Notes under the pieces: generated by a model
The model's database searches: none
What the model saw: only the letters and a program-made list of their open reading frames with translations
Told to the model about the DNA's origin: nothing
Position numbers and translations under genes: made by a program
Part shown: piece by piece, positions 51,714-61,293 of the stretch
Position numbering within the stretch: position 1 is the stretch's first letter
How the letters are laid out: each line of letters begins with the position of its first letter
NCBI GenBank assembly: GCA_003220615.1
Contig: QHTB01000151.1
Span: forward strand, 67,974 to 131,973
DNA length: 64,000 bases
Source: Candidatus Rokuibacteriota bacterium
GTDB lineage: Bacteria; Methylomirabilota; Methylomirabilia; Rokubacteriales; CSP1-6
Direction: 5' to 3'

Positions 51714-53096
51714 ATGGTCATGGGTGATCTCGTCCGCGAAGTGGACGTCGCCGTCGTGGGGGGCGGTCCCGGCGGCTATACCGCGGCGTTTCGCTGCGCC
51801 GAGCTCGGGCTCGAAACCGTGGTGGTGGACGCCGCCAAGCGGCTGGGTGGGGCCTGTCTGTTCGAGGGGTGCATCCCGTCCAAGGCACTGCTGCACGTCG
51901 CGGCCGTGCTCGGGGAGGCCGAGCGCGCCAAGGAGTTCGGCGTGGACTTCGGCGAGGCACGCGTGTCGCTCGATCCACTTCGCAAGTGGAAGAGCGAGCG
52001 TGTCATCGGCAAGCTCGCCCGCGGCCTCGCCGGCGTGGCCAAGGCGAAGAACGTGGACGTCGTCGCCGGCCGCGCCGTGTTCGAGGACTCCCGGCGACTG
52101 CGCGTTGAGGGCGACGAGCCGCAGGTGGTGGTCTTCAAGCACGCGATCATCGCGACGGGCTCGGCGCCGAGCCCGTTGCCGGGGCTGACGCTCGCGAGCG
52201 ACCGAATCATGGACTCGACCGCCGCGCTCGAGGTGCCCGACATCCCGGATCGGTTGCTCGTCGTCGGTGGCGGGTACATCGGCCTCGAGCTAGGCCAGGT
52301 CTACGCGGCGCTCGGCAGCAAGGTGACCCTGGTCGAGATGACGGACGGACTGCTCCCCGGCGTGGACCGCGACCTCGTCCAGCCGCTCGCCCGGCGCTGC
52401 GAGAAGCTCTTCGCAGAGATTCGGCTGCAGACGAAGGTGACGGGGCTGCGCGAGACGAGCGGAGGCGTGGAGGTGCGGCTGGGCGACGAGACGCTGCTGT
52501 TCGATCGCGTGCTGGTGGCGGTAGGCCGTCGCGCCCAGACCCAGGGATTGGGGCTCGAGACGACGCGTGTGCGAGCCAACGAGCGCGGCATCATCGCCGT
52601 CGACGACCGGTGTCGCACCGACGATCAGCGAATCTACGCCGTCGGTGACGTCACCGGCGAGCCCATGCTGGCCCATCGAGCCATGAGGCAGGGGCGCATC
52701 GCCGCCGAGGCGATCGCGGGCCGGCCCGTCGCGTTCGACAACGTGGCGGTGCCGGCGGTCGTCTTCACCGATCCCGAAATCGCGTGGTGTGGGCTCACGG
52801 AAGCCGAAGCCCAGCGGACGAGCCGCCCGGTGAAGGTCGCGAAGTTCCAGTGGGCCGCCTCCGGGCGCGCCGCCACGCTCGGGCGCTCGGACGGCCTCAC
52901 GAAGATCCTGGCCCATCCCGACTCCGGGCGTATCGTCGGCGTCGGGATCGTCGGCCCCGGCGCCGGGGAGCTCATCGCCGAAGCGGCGCTGGCCATCGAG
53001 GCGGCGCTCACCGCCGAGGATCTCGCGGCGACCATCCACACCCATCCGACGCTCTCCGAGACCTTGATGGAGGCGGCGGAACACCTGCTGCACTGA
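51714..53096 (+). CDS. lpdA: dihydrolipoyl dehydrogenase (E3)
   Basis: 460 aa. VVGGGPGGYTAAFR, redox-active GGACLFEGCIPSK, and C-terminal HTHPTLSE. Confidence 0.9.
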   Translation: MVMGDLVREVDVAVVGGGPGGYTAAFRCAELGLETVVVDAAKRLGGACLFEGCIPSKALLHVAAVLGEAERAKEFGVDFGEARVSLDPLRKWKSERVIGKLARGLAGVAKAKNVDVVAGRAVFEDSRRLRVEGDEPQVVVFKHAIIATGSAPSPLPGLTLASDRIMDSTAALEVPDIPDRLLVVGGGYIGLELGQVYAALGSKVTLVEMTDGLLPGVDRDLVQPLARRCEKLFAEIRLQTKVTGLRETSGGVEVRLGDETLLFDRVLVAVGRRAQTQGLGLETTRVRANERGIIAVDDRCRTDDQRIYAVGDVTGEPMLAHRAMRQGRIAAEAIAGRPVAFDNVAVPAVVFTDPEIAWCGLTEAEAQRTSRPVKVAKFQWAASGRAATLGRSDGLTKILAHPDSGRIVGVGIVGPGAGELIAEAALAIEAALTAEDLAATIHTHPTLSETLMEAAEHLLH

Positions 53097-53105
53097 GAGG
53101 CTGCC

Positions 53106-54677
53106 ATGGATCTCTCGCCCGCCGATCTCGTCGCCCTCATGCAGAGCGCCACGCCGCACGCCGTCCTCGACCTCCGCGAACGGGCCGCGTACGAGCGCGG
53201 GCACATCTTCCGCACGACGTCGCTGCCCAGGCGGCTGCTCGAGTTCCGACTGCCCGTGCTCGTCACGGCGGCGGCGACACCGATCGTGCTCGTGGACGAC
53301 GATGGCCGGCTGGCGGCGCTGGCCGCGCCAACGCTCGCGGCGCTGGGCTACCGCGACGTGAGGACGCTCGCCGGTGGGCTCGCCGCGTGGCGGGCCGCCG
53401 GGCTGCCGACGGTGCAGGGGATCAACGTGCCGAGCAAGGTGTTCGGCGAGCGTGCTCTCCACCAAGCCAAGACGCCTCAGATCTCGGCCCCCGAGCTCGC
53501 CGCGCGAATCGCCAGGGGCGTGGAGATGGTGATCGTCGACTCGCGGACGTTCGAGGAGTACGCGCGGGGCTGTGTGCCGGGGGCGATCAGCGTGCCGGGC
53601 GGAGAGCTCGTCCTGCGCATCGGTGATCTCGTGTCGCGCCCGGATACGCCGATCGTCGTCCACTGTGGCGGCCGCACGCGTTCCTACATCGGCGCCGAGT
53701 CGCTCCGTCGGATGCGTCTGCCCAATCCGATCGTCGCGCTCGAGAACGGCACGATGGGGTGGGACCTGGCCGGCCTGACGCTCGAGCGCGGGGCCACGCG
53801 GCGTGCACCCGCTCCGTCAGCCCGCAGCCGAGCCGCGGCGTCGCTCGTGGCCAAGCGGGTCGCGAGCGAGGACGGGATCACGTTCACGACCGCCGCCGAG
53901 CTCGAGGCTCTGATCGAGCGCCGGAGCCACGACAACGTCGCGGTGCTCGACGTGAGGACTTCCGAAGAGTATGCCGGGGCGCACGTGGCCGGCGCCGTCT
54001 GGGCGCCCGGCGGGCAAGCCGTGCAGGCGACCGACGAATACGTCGCCGTGCGCGCCGCCGCCATCGTGCTCGTCTGCGACGGCTTCGTCAGATCGGTCAT
54101 GACGACTTCGTGGCTCAAGCGAATGGGCCTGCCCAACGTGAGTGTTCTGGCCGGCGGCTTGCCGGCGTGGAAGGAGGCCGGCGGTGCGGTGGCGACGGGA
54201 CATCCCGCCGTCGAGCCGCATGGCGGTCAGCGCGCGCTCAGCTCCGTTCCCAGCGTCGGCCCGGGGCGCTTGGACGGCGCGACCACCCTGAGCGTGGACA
54301 CGAGTGACGTGTATGCGCGCGGCCACGTGCCAGGCGCCGTGTGGGTGTGTCGCAGTCGTCTCGAATGGCGCATCGCAGAGATCGTGCCCTCGCGCGCAGC
54401 GTCGATCGTCACCACGTGCACCGACGGATGGCAGTCGCGCCTCGCCGCGGCGACGCTGCACGGGCTCGGCTACACGGGCGCGCGCGTGCTCGAGGGTGGC
54501 ACGCGGGCGTGGCAGGAGGCGGGCCTGCCCGTGGAGACCGGCGCGACGAAGCTGCTCGACGAGGCCGACGACGTGGTGCTGAAACCGTACGACAAGGGAC
54601 GCGCCGCCATGGAAGCCTACTTGCGCTGGGAAGAACAGCTCGACGAGGACGGGCAGAGCCCGCACGCGCTCAAATGA
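53106..54677 (+). CDS. multi-rhodanese-domain sulfurtransferase (about 4 rhodanese modules)
   Basis: 523 aa. Repeated ...D.R....Y..GH..GA...P modules, with active-site loops such as VVHCGGRTRS and VTTCTDGWQS. Confidence 0.8.
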   Translation: MDLSPADLVALMQSATPHAVLDLRERAAYERGHIFRTTSLPRRLLEFRLPVLVTAAATPIVLVDDDGRLAALAAPTLAALGYRDVRTLAGGLAAWRAAGLPTVQGINVPSKVFGERALHQAKTPQISAPELAARIARGVEMVIVDSRTFEEYARGCVPGAISVPGGELVLRIGDLVSRPDTPIVVHCGGRTRSYIGAESLRRMRLPNPIVALENGTMGWDLAGLTLERGATRRAPAPSARSRAAASLVAKRVASEDGITFTTAAELEALIERRSHDNVAVLDVRTSEEYAGAHVAGAVWAPGGQAVQATDEYVAVRAAAIVLVCDGFVRSVMTTSWLKRMGLPNVSVLAGGLPAWKEAGGAVATGHPAVEPHGGQRALSSVPSVGPGRLDGATTLSVDTSDVYARGHVPGAVWVCRSRLEWRIAEIVPSRAASIVTTCTDGWQSRLAAATLHGLGYTGARVLEGGTRAWQEAGLPVETGATKLLDEADDVVLKPYDKGRAAMEAYLRWEEQLDEDGQSPHALK

Positions 54678-55516
54678 GCCTGCCCACCGTTGTCACGACG
54701 GAGTGGCTCGCCGCGCACCTGGGTGAGCCGGATCTGCGGGTCATCGACGCGACCTGGTACCTACCCACGCTGAAGCGCGACGCGCGCGCCGAGTACGTCA
54801 CCGCGCACGTCCCCGGCGCGGTGTACTTCGACATCGACGCCATCAAGGACACGAGCAATCCGCTGCCGCACATGCTGCCCGACGCCGACAGCTTCGCCGC
54901 CGCGGTCGGTGCGCTCGGCATCGCGGCCGGTGACCGCGTGGTCGTCTATGGCCAGAAGTATCTGATCGCGTCCGCGCGGGTGTGGTGGAGCTTCCGCGTC
55001 TTCGGTCACGATCAGGTCGCCGTCCTCGACGGCGGCTTTCCGAAGTGGAAGGCGGAAGGCCGACCGGTCGAGTCCGGAGCCGTCACGCCTCAACCCCGCC
55101 GCTTCGCAGCCCGCCTGCGCCCCGAGCTGGTTCGCGATCTCGGCCGCATCCGCGCCAACGTCGACACGCGACGCGAGCAGGTGGTGGACGCGCGCAGCCA
55201 CGGCCGCTTCGTCGGCACCGAGCCGGAGCCGCGCGCCGGGATGCGCAGTGGACACATCCCGGGCAGCGTGTGCCTGCCGTACGACCGGCTCTTTCGCCCC
55301 GAGGACGGCACGCTCCTGCCCGCCGCGGCGCTCCGCGAGGTGTTCGGCAAGGCGGGCGTCGAGGCTGGCCGGCCCGTCGTGACGACATGTGGCTCCGGGG
55401 TGAGCGCCGCTGTACTCGCGCTCGGGTTGCACGTGGTGGGACGGCCGGAAGTGCCGGTCTACGACGGCTCGTGGGCCGAGTGGGGCGGCCGGACCGATAC
55501 GCCTGTCGAGATCTAG
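54674..55516 (+). CDS. sseA: 3-mercaptopyruvate / thiosulfate sulfurtransferase (two rhodanese domains)
   Basis: ATGA-coupled. VVTTEWLAAHLGEPDLRVIDA.WY.P....DA..EY...H.PGA..FDID...D......PHMLP, and active site TTCGSGVSA. Confidence 0.85.
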   Translation: MSLPTVVTTEWLAAHLGEPDLRVIDATWYLPTLKRDARAEYVTAHVPGAVYFDIDAIKDTSNPLPHMLPDADSFAAAVGALGIAAGDRVVVYGQKYLIASARVWWSFRVFGHDQVAVLDGGFPKWKAEGRPVESGAVTPQPRRFAARLRPELVRDLGRIRANVDTRREQVVDARSHGRFVGTEPEPRAGMRSGHIPGSVCLPYDRLFRPEDGTLLPAAALREVFGKAGVEAGRPVVTTCGSGVSAAVLALGLHVVGRPEVPVYDGSWAEWGGRTDTPVEI

Positions 55517-55525
55517 GAGGCGTCG

Positions 55526-56083
55526 ATGGCGACCACTTATGCGCTACCGGATTTCATCGCCGACCTCGACCGGATCACCCGAGACGAGTCTTCGCCTCAC
55601 GTCATCACCGAGAAGGTGGAGCCGCTGCTCGGCCGGCTCATCCGGAACCCTGCGGCGCTGCCCGCCGAGTACCGCACGCGCGGCCCGGGCGGCGGTCGCG
55701 GGCGTTACATGCTGCACCGTACGCCCCGCTTCAACATCACGGCAGTCGTGTGGGCTCCCGGCGACGTCGCCGCCGCCCACAACCACGACACGTGGGGCGT
55801 CATCGGCGTGATCGAGAACCGCATCGAGGAGACGCGCTATCGGGTGACGCCCGACACGCCGGGGCACGCGCGCCTCGAAGTCATGCGGGTGATGCGCCAC
55901 GAGCCCGGCGCCATTTCGCGTCTGGTGCCCGGCGACGAAGTGCACCGCATGCACAATCCGACGTCCCACGACACCGTGGAGATCCACGTGTACGGCAAGG
56001 ACCTGGTCGGTCTCGAGCGGAAGACGTGGAGCGAGGACGGCGCGGAAAAACGGCTCGTGACGTCGAAATACTTGAACTGCTAG
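55526..56083 (+). CDS. cysteine dioxygenase type I-like cupin protein
   Basis: 185 aa. ...ITAVVWAPGDVAAAHNHDTWGVIGVIENRIEETRY...VHRMHNP...TVEIHVYG is the cupin His ligand layout of the CDO_I family. Confidence 0.75.
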   Translation: MATTYALPDFIADLDRITRDESSPHVITEKVEPLLGRLIRNPAALPAEYRTRGPGGGRGRYMLHRTPRFNITAVVWAPGDVAAAHNHDTWGVIGVIENRIEETRYRVTPDTPGHARLEVMRVMRHEPGAISRLVPGDEVHRMHNPTSHDTVEIHVYGKDLVGLERKTWSEDGAEKRLVTSKYLNC

Positions 56084-56110
56084 GACGGCGCGGACGGCTC
56101 GGTCAGCGGA

Positions 56111-56431
56111 CTATGCGATCGGTTGCGGGTCGATGTCGCGCGGACGGCGGGGACGACGACGCGCCAGGCGTGGAGCGTCGCGATGGAGGAGCTGACACCA
56201 GAGGCGGTTGGCGTCGCCGCCCGCCTCGGCACTGCCGGAGAGAAATGCTTCGGACCTCACCGTGCCGTCGTCGCTGCCGTCGCGGTGGGGCAGGTGCGCG
56301 TCGCACCAGCGGACGTCGAGGATTTCAAGCGTCGGGTCAGCATCGGGCTCACAGCCGGGACAAAACGAACGACCTAGCGCCGGCGTTTCAGCGACGAACT
56401 CTGTCACGGCCGCAACCAGGAACGGCGCCAC
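56111..56431 (-). CDS. hypothetical small Cys/His-containing protein
   Basis: 106-aa ORF (GTG start). ...SFCPGCEPDADPTLEILDVRWCDAHLPHRDGSDDG...GGDANRLWCQLLH.... Its composition is more protein-like than that of the fully overlapping plus-strand ORF 56123..56377. GC3 does not discriminate between them. Confidence 0.4.
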   Translation of the reverse strand: MAPFLVAAVTEFVAETPALGRSFCPGCEPDADPTLEILDVRWCDAHLPHRDGSDDGTVRSEAFLSGSAEAGGDANRLWCQLLHRDAPRLARRRPRRPRDIDPQPIA

Positions 56432-56517
56432 AGGTAGTTTTCATCTAAATTCCACTCTAGCAGCCGAGCCACCCCGCCCAAGAATTTTTTCTCGGACGGT
56501 GCCCAAAACCTGGGCGG

Positions 56518-57519
56518 CTAAAGCGAAAACACCTGGGCCAGGAGCTCGTACGAGCGCAAGCGCGCCTTGGGGTCGTGGGTGATCGTCACGATCACGAGCT
56601 CGTCGACACCATAGGCACCCGCCATGGCCACGAGCTGCTCGTGCACCTGCTCGGGCGTGCCCACCACGCTCCGCGCGCGAAGCGCCTCGACCAGCGCCGC
56701 CTCACGCGCCGTGTACGGATAGCTCTCGGCTTCTTCGACCGACGGGTACCGTCCGGCGCGGCCGGTGTAGAGCCGCAGGAGGAAGAGCTCGCGGCTCCGG
56801 GCCAGGCGCTGCGCCTCGGCCCGAGTGTCGGCGCAGACGACGAAGATGGCGGCGCTGGCTCGAGGAGCGTCGAACGTCACCGAAGGTTGGAACTGGCGCG
56901 TATAGGCGCGGGTGATCTCGGCGCCGCCGTCGGCATTGATGAAGTGAGCGAACGAAAAGGCGGTGCCGAGGCCGGCGGCGATCGCGGCGCTCCCGTCGCT
57001 CGAGCCGAGCAGCCAGATCTCAGGGGCCGTCGGCCCGGTCGGCATCGCCTTCACGGAGCAGAAGCGATGATCGGCGGGCACCGCGTCGTGGAGGAACGCG
57101 ACGAGATCGGCGACCTGCTCGGGAAAACGGTCGAACCCGAAGACGCTGCCGCTTTCCTGGAGCGCCCGCGCCGTGATCTGGTCGCTGCCCGGCGCTCGAC
57201 CGATCCCGAGGTCGATCCGGCCGGGGAACAGCGTTTCCAGCACGCGGAAGTTCTCGGCGACCTTCAGCGGGCTGTAGTGCTGGAGCATCACGCCGCCAGA
57301 GCCGACACGGATGCGACGCGTGCGGGCCGCAACCTGGCCGATGAGGATCTCGGGGCTCGACCCGGCCAGCCCGGGTGTCGAGTGGTGTTCGGCGAGCCAG
57401 TAGCGGTGAAAGCCGAGGCGGTCGCAGGCCTGGGCGAGCTCGAGTGTTTCCTGGATGGTGTCGGCCGGTGTCCCGCCGCTGCGTACCGGCGACTGATCGA
57501 GCACGCTGAGCCGGAGCAT
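56518..57519 (-). CDS. LLM-class flavin-dependent oxidoreductase (MsnO8-like)
   Basis: ATG 57519 in ORF 56518..57585 (TGATG overlap). MLRLSVLDQSPV.....A...I.ET..LA...D.LGFHRYWLAEHH..PG.A.SSPE.LI... Confidence 0.85.
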   Translation of the reverse strand: MLRLSVLDQSPVRSGGTPADTIQETLELAQACDRLGFHRYWLAEHHSTPGLAGSSPEILIGQVAARTRRIRVGSGGVMLQHYSPLKVAENFRVLETLFPGRIDLGIGRAPGSDQITARALQESGSVFGFDRFPEQVADLVAFLHDAVPADHRFCSVKAMPTGPTAPEIWLLGSSDGSAAIAAGLGTAFSFAHFINADGGAEITRAYTRQFQPSVTFDAPRASAAIFVVCADTRAEAQRLARSRELFLLRLYTGRAGRYPSVEEAESYPYTAREAALVEALRARSVVGTPEQVHEQLVAMAGAYGVDELVIVTITHDPKARLRSYELLAQVFSL

Positions 57520-58322
57520 CAGCTCAGCAGCGTACGCGTCGCGAGGAGCGCCTCCCGTGCCACCTCCGCCGGCGGTCGCGCCCACGCGGCGGGGTTCGGC
57601 GCTTCGTAGCTCACGTAGCCGCGATAGCCGGTCGCAGCGATCGCGCGGAAGAACTCCTTGAACGGCACGACGCCGTGGCCGGGCGGAAGCCGGTTGAGGG
57701 CCTTGCCGGGCTCGAGCCCCGTTGCCGGCACGTCGCTGAACTGCACGTACCCGATCTCACCCGCGCCGAGGGCCGCGACGTCGGACGGCGTGCCGCCGCT
57801 GCGCGTGAGGTGATAGGCGTCGATCAGCAGGCCACACTGCGGATGGGCCGCCTGGGCCAGCACCTCACGCAGTCGATCGAGACGGTTGAGCTGGCCCGCC
57901 TGCGAGTTGAACTCGACGGCGAGCCGCACGCCGTGGCGGGCCGCGATGTCGCCGACCTCCTTGACGCTGCCCGCGGCGGCCTTGACGTCCCCCGCGCCCA
58001 CGTCGACGGGACTCATCATCGTGGCGCAGCCCAGACGGGCCGCCCGTTCGCATTGCTCGGCGAAGACGCGGAGCAGGCGGCGCCGCACGTCGCCATCCGC
58101 CCACATCCATCCGTGCTCGACGCCGACACACGCCACCGGCAGGCCGCTTTTCTTCACGACGTCGATGACGGCGTCGGCGTCCATGCCCTGCTCGGCCGCG
58201 CGCACGAAATCGATGCGGCGCAGCTCGACGGCGTCCCAGCCCGTTTCGCGGGCCGTGCGCAGCGCCTCGGCCAGCGGGGTCGTGTCCAGCGTCCACGTGT
58301 GAAGGGCCAGTCGGAAGCTCAC
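57519..58322 (-). CDS. sugar phosphate isomerase/epimerase (xylose-isomerase-like TIM barrel)
   Basis: 267 aa, GTG start. ...GWDAVELR....., ...RLAVEFN..., ...GYVQFSD... is the typical AP_endonuc_2 layout. Confidence 0.75.
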   Translation of the reverse strand: MSFRLALHTWTLDTTPLAEALRTARETGWDAVELRRIDFVRAAEQGMDADAVIDVVKKSGLPVACVGVEHGWMWADGDVRRRLLRVFAEQCERAARLGCATMMSPVDVGAGDVKAAAGSVKEVGDIAARHGVRLAVEFNSQAGQLNRLDRLREVLAQAAHPQCGLLIDAYHLTRSGGTPSDVAALGAGEIGYVQFSDVPATGLEPGKALNRLPPGHGVVPFKEFFRAIAATGYRGYVSYEAPNPAAWARPPAEVAREALLATRTLLS

Positions 58323-58461
58323 GGCCGGTATTGTACGTGGCTTTTGTCACGTCCGATGGAGCCGTGTTTGCACCCTCGGGGCCACCGCCCTCCGCGTCAC
58401 CGTCGACGAGCGCCGCCGACAGCGCCGGGTACCAGCGGGTTCACGGGTTCGTGCACCGAGC

Positions 58462-59691
58462 TCATCCGGACGGATCGTTGACCGCGGTCGCGCGCCGGAC
58501 GCCGGCGGCCAGGATGAGGGCCAGCACCGCGAGCCCGAAGCCGCCGGCGCCGGCCAGCGCAGCGCGAACGCCCCACGTCTCCGCGGTCGCACCCGCCAGG
58601 AACGCGCCGAACGGGAACACGCCACCGAAGATCAGTGTGTAGATGCTCATCACGCGTCCGCGCAAAGCGTCCGGGGCCATCATCTGGAGCGCGGTGTTGA
58701 CGCCGGCCACCGCGACGATCGAGGCCAGGCCGACGATCAGCAGCACGAGCGCGGCCAGCCACACGCGACTCACCGCCGAGAGGACGCAGAGCCCGGCACA
58801 CGAGACGCCGGCCGCGGCGGCGAGCAGGGGAAAGGTCGGCTCGGCACGACTCGCGGCACCGAGAGCGAACGCGCCCGTCATGGCGCCGATCCCGATTGCC
58901 GCCATCAGCAGTCCGAACGTCCCGGGTCCGGCCGCGAGCACGTCGCGAGTCAGCAACGGGATGTAGACGGAGAAATTGAAGATCGTGATGGTCACGACGA
59001 AGAGCACGCCCAGGAGCCGGCGCACGCGTGGGGTGCCGCCGGCGTAACGCAGCCCCTCGAGGATCTGCTGGCCGAAGGAGGCGTCGCCCCGGGGGACGCG
59101 CGTTCCCGACGTCCCCACCGCGGCGAGGGCGAGCGCGCCGACGAGACCGGCGAACGCATTGAGCAGGAACGCCGACGACAGCCCGAAGGCGCCGATGAGC
59201 ACGCCGGCGACGGCGGGCCCCACGATCCGGGCGCCGTTGAACGCGACCGAGTTCAGCGCGATCGCGTTCCCGACGTCCTCGCGGCCGACCAGGTCCACCA
59301 GGAAGGCCTGACGGGCCGGAGTGTCCAGCGCGTTGACCAGGCCCCACACGACGGCGATCGTGGCCACGTGCCAGTAGCGAATGGACCCGGAGGCCACCAG
59401 CGCCGTCAGCGTCAGGCCCATGGCGCCCTGGATCAGCGCCGACGTCACGACGACGCGCCGCTTGGGCAGGCGGTCGGCCACGGCGCCTGCCGGGATCGAG
59501 AAGATCAGCATGGGCCCGAACATGAAGGTGCTGATGAGGCCGAGCCGGAACGGCGAGTCCGTGATCTGCAGGACGAGCCACGACTGGGCGACCGACTGCA
59601 TCCAGTTGCCGACGACGGTCAGCGTCTGCGCGGCGAAGAAGACGCGGAACTCGCCGTGATCGAGGGCTCGGAGCGCGCGCGGAAGAGCCAG
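58462..59691 (-). CDS. MFS transporter (EntS/MFS_3-like); probable CTG start one nt after the upstream TGA
   Basis: ORF track starts at ATG 59601, inside TM1. The in-frame upstream sequence L-ALPRALRALDHGEFRVFFAAQTLTVVGNW-MQSVAQSWLVL completes the conserved N-terminus. It contains no ATG/GTG/TTG, only CTG at 59691-59689. Confidence 0.75.
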   Translation of the reverse strand: MALPRALRALDHGEFRVFFAAQTLTVVGNWMQSVAQSWLVLQITDSPFRLGLISTFMFGPMLIFSIPAGAVADRLPKRRVVVTSALIQGAMGLTLTALVASGSIRYWHVATIAVVWGLVNALDTPARQAFLVDLVGREDVGNAIALNSVAFNGARIVGPAVAGVLIGAFGLSSAFLLNAFAGLVGALALAAVGTSGTRVPRGDASFGQQILEGLRYAGGTPRVRRLLGVLFVVTITIFNFSVYIPLLTRDVLAAGPGTFGLLMAAIGIGAMTGAFALGAASRAEPTFPLLAAAAGVSCAGLCVLSAVSRVWLAALVLLIVGLASIVAVAGVNTALQMMAPDALRGRVMSIYTLIFGGVFPFGAFLAGATAETWGVRAALAGAGGFGLAVLALILAAGVRRATAVNDPSG

Positions 59692-59692
59692 C

Positions 59693-61276
59693 TCAGTTGA
59701 TCCGTTTGGCCTGGCCCTTCCACTCCTTCTCGCGCAGCACGAACTTCTGGACCTTGCCCGTGGAGGTCTTGGGCAGGTCGCCGAACTCGACGGCCGCCGG
59801 CGCCTTGAAGTGGGCGATGTGCTGCTTGCAGAAGTCGATGATCTCGCGCTCGCTGGTCTGGTGCCCCGGCTTGAGCGTGACGAACGCCTTCGGACGCTCG
59901 CCCCACTTCTCGTCGGGGACGGCGACGACCGCGCACTCCATCACGGCGGGGTGGCGGGCGACGCACTGCTCGACCTCGATCGTCGAGATGTTCTCGCCGC
60001 CCGAGATGATGATGTCCTTCTTGCGGTCGCGCAGCTCGATGTAGCCGTCGGGATGCCACACGCCGATGTCGCCGGAGTGAAACCAGCCGCCACGGAACGC
60101 CTCGGCCGTCGCGTCGGGCTGCTCGAAGTAGCCCAGCATGACGTTGTTGCCACGCATGACGACTTCGCCGAGCGTTTCGCCATCGCGGGGCACGTCGTTC
60201 ATGTGGGTGTCCACGATGCGGACGAGATCGAAGTTCGCGTAGCCCTGGCCCTGGCGCGCGGCCAGCCGGGCCTGCTCCTCGGGCGGCAGCGCGTCCCACT
60301 CGGCGTGCCACTCGCACACCGTGTGCGGGCCGTACGTCTCGGTCAGGCCGTAGACGTGGACGGGACGGAAGTTGAGCTCCTTGAGCCGGGCCAGGAGCGT
60401 CGGTGACGGCGGCGCGCCGGCCACGGTCACCGTCACCTGGCGGGCGAGGCGATGCGCCTTCGGGTGGTTCACGATCCCGATCTGCACGGTCGGGGCGCCG
60501 TTGTAGTGGGTGATGCCGGCGTGGTCGAGCGCCTCCCAGACGGTGCCGGGATCGACCTTGCGGAGACAGTGATGCGTGCCGCCGACCGCGGTCACCGCCC
60601 ACGTGAAGCACCAGCCGTTGCAGTGGAACATGGGAAGCGTCCAGAGATAGTGCGTGTCCCACGTCATCGCGGTCTCGAGGATCTCGCCGATCGCATTCAC
60701 GTACGCGCCGCGGTGCGAGTACATGACGCCCTTGGGCCGTCCGGTCGTGCCCGAGGTGTAGTTGATCGCCAGCATCTCTTCTTCGTGCTCGAGCCACGAG
60801 TCGACGGCCTCGGGAGAGCCGCTGCCGAGAAAATCCTCGTAGGGATCGCCGGCCGCGCCGGTGTCGTCCACGCGCACGAGCGTGAGGCCATTCGGATCGA
60901 GCGGCTTGACCAGGCCCTCGAGCTCGGCGTCGACGAAGACGAACCGGGCGCCGGAGTGCTGGAGGATGTAGCCGATCTCATCGGTCGAGAGCCGGATGTT
61001 GATCGCGACCAGCACGCCACCGGCCATCGGCACGCCGAAGTGGGCCTCGAGCATGGCCGGGATGTTCGGGCAGAGGAACGCCACGCGGTCGCGTTTCCTG
61101 AGCCCCTTCCGGCGAAGCGCCGAGGCCAGGTGATTGGCCCGCTCCTCGAATTGCCGGTAGGTGTACCGGCGCGTGCCGTGCACGACGGCGACCTTGTCGG
61201 GCAGGACACAGGCGTTGCGCTTGAGGAAATCCACCGGCGTCAGCTCGGTGCGGTAGACCGTGGTCGACTTCGGCAT
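59693..61276 (-). CDS. AMP-forming acyl-CoA synthetase / fatty-acid-CoA ligase
   Basis: ATG 61276 in ORF 59693..61702. ...INYTSGTTGRPKGV.YSHRGAY... (AMP-binding motif I), ...YGLTETYGP..., ...GWFHSGD..., ...DRKKDIIISGGENIS..., ...PKTSTGKVQK.... Confidence 0.9.
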   Translation of the reverse strand: MPKSTTVYRTELTPVDFLKRNACVLPDKVAVVHGTRRYTYRQFEERANHLASALRRKGLRKRDRVAFLCPNIPAMLEAHFGVPMAGGVLVAINIRLSTDEIGYILQHSGARFVFVDAELEGLVKPLDPNGLTLVRVDDTGAAGDPYEDFLGSGSPEAVDSWLEHEEEMLAINYTSGTTGRPKGVMYSHRGAYVNAIGEILETAMTWDTHYLWTLPMFHCNGWCFTWAVTAVGGTHHCLRKVDPGTVWEALDHAGITHYNGAPTVQIGIVNHPKAHRLARQVTVTVAGAPPSPTLLARLKELNFRPVHVYGLTETYGPHTVCEWHAEWDALPPEEQARLAARQGQGYANFDLVRIVDTHMNDVPRDGETLGEVVMRGNNVMLGYFEQPDATAEAFRGGWFHSGDIGVWHPDGYIELRDRKKDIIISGGENISTIEVEQCVARHPAVMECAVVAVPDEKWGERPKAFVTLKPGHQTSEREIIDFCKQHIAHFKAPAAVEFGDLPKTSTGKVQKFVLREKEWKGQAKRIN

Positions 61277-61293
61277 CCCTCGATCCTCGCTGG

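Noticed and set aside
56123-56377. 84-aa plus-strand ORF overlapping the small Cys/His ORF.
   Set aside because: Its composition (Ala/Val/Thr/Gly/Arg) is typical of a shadow frame and it has no upstream SD. It is not fully excluded, because third-position GC is similar on both strands.
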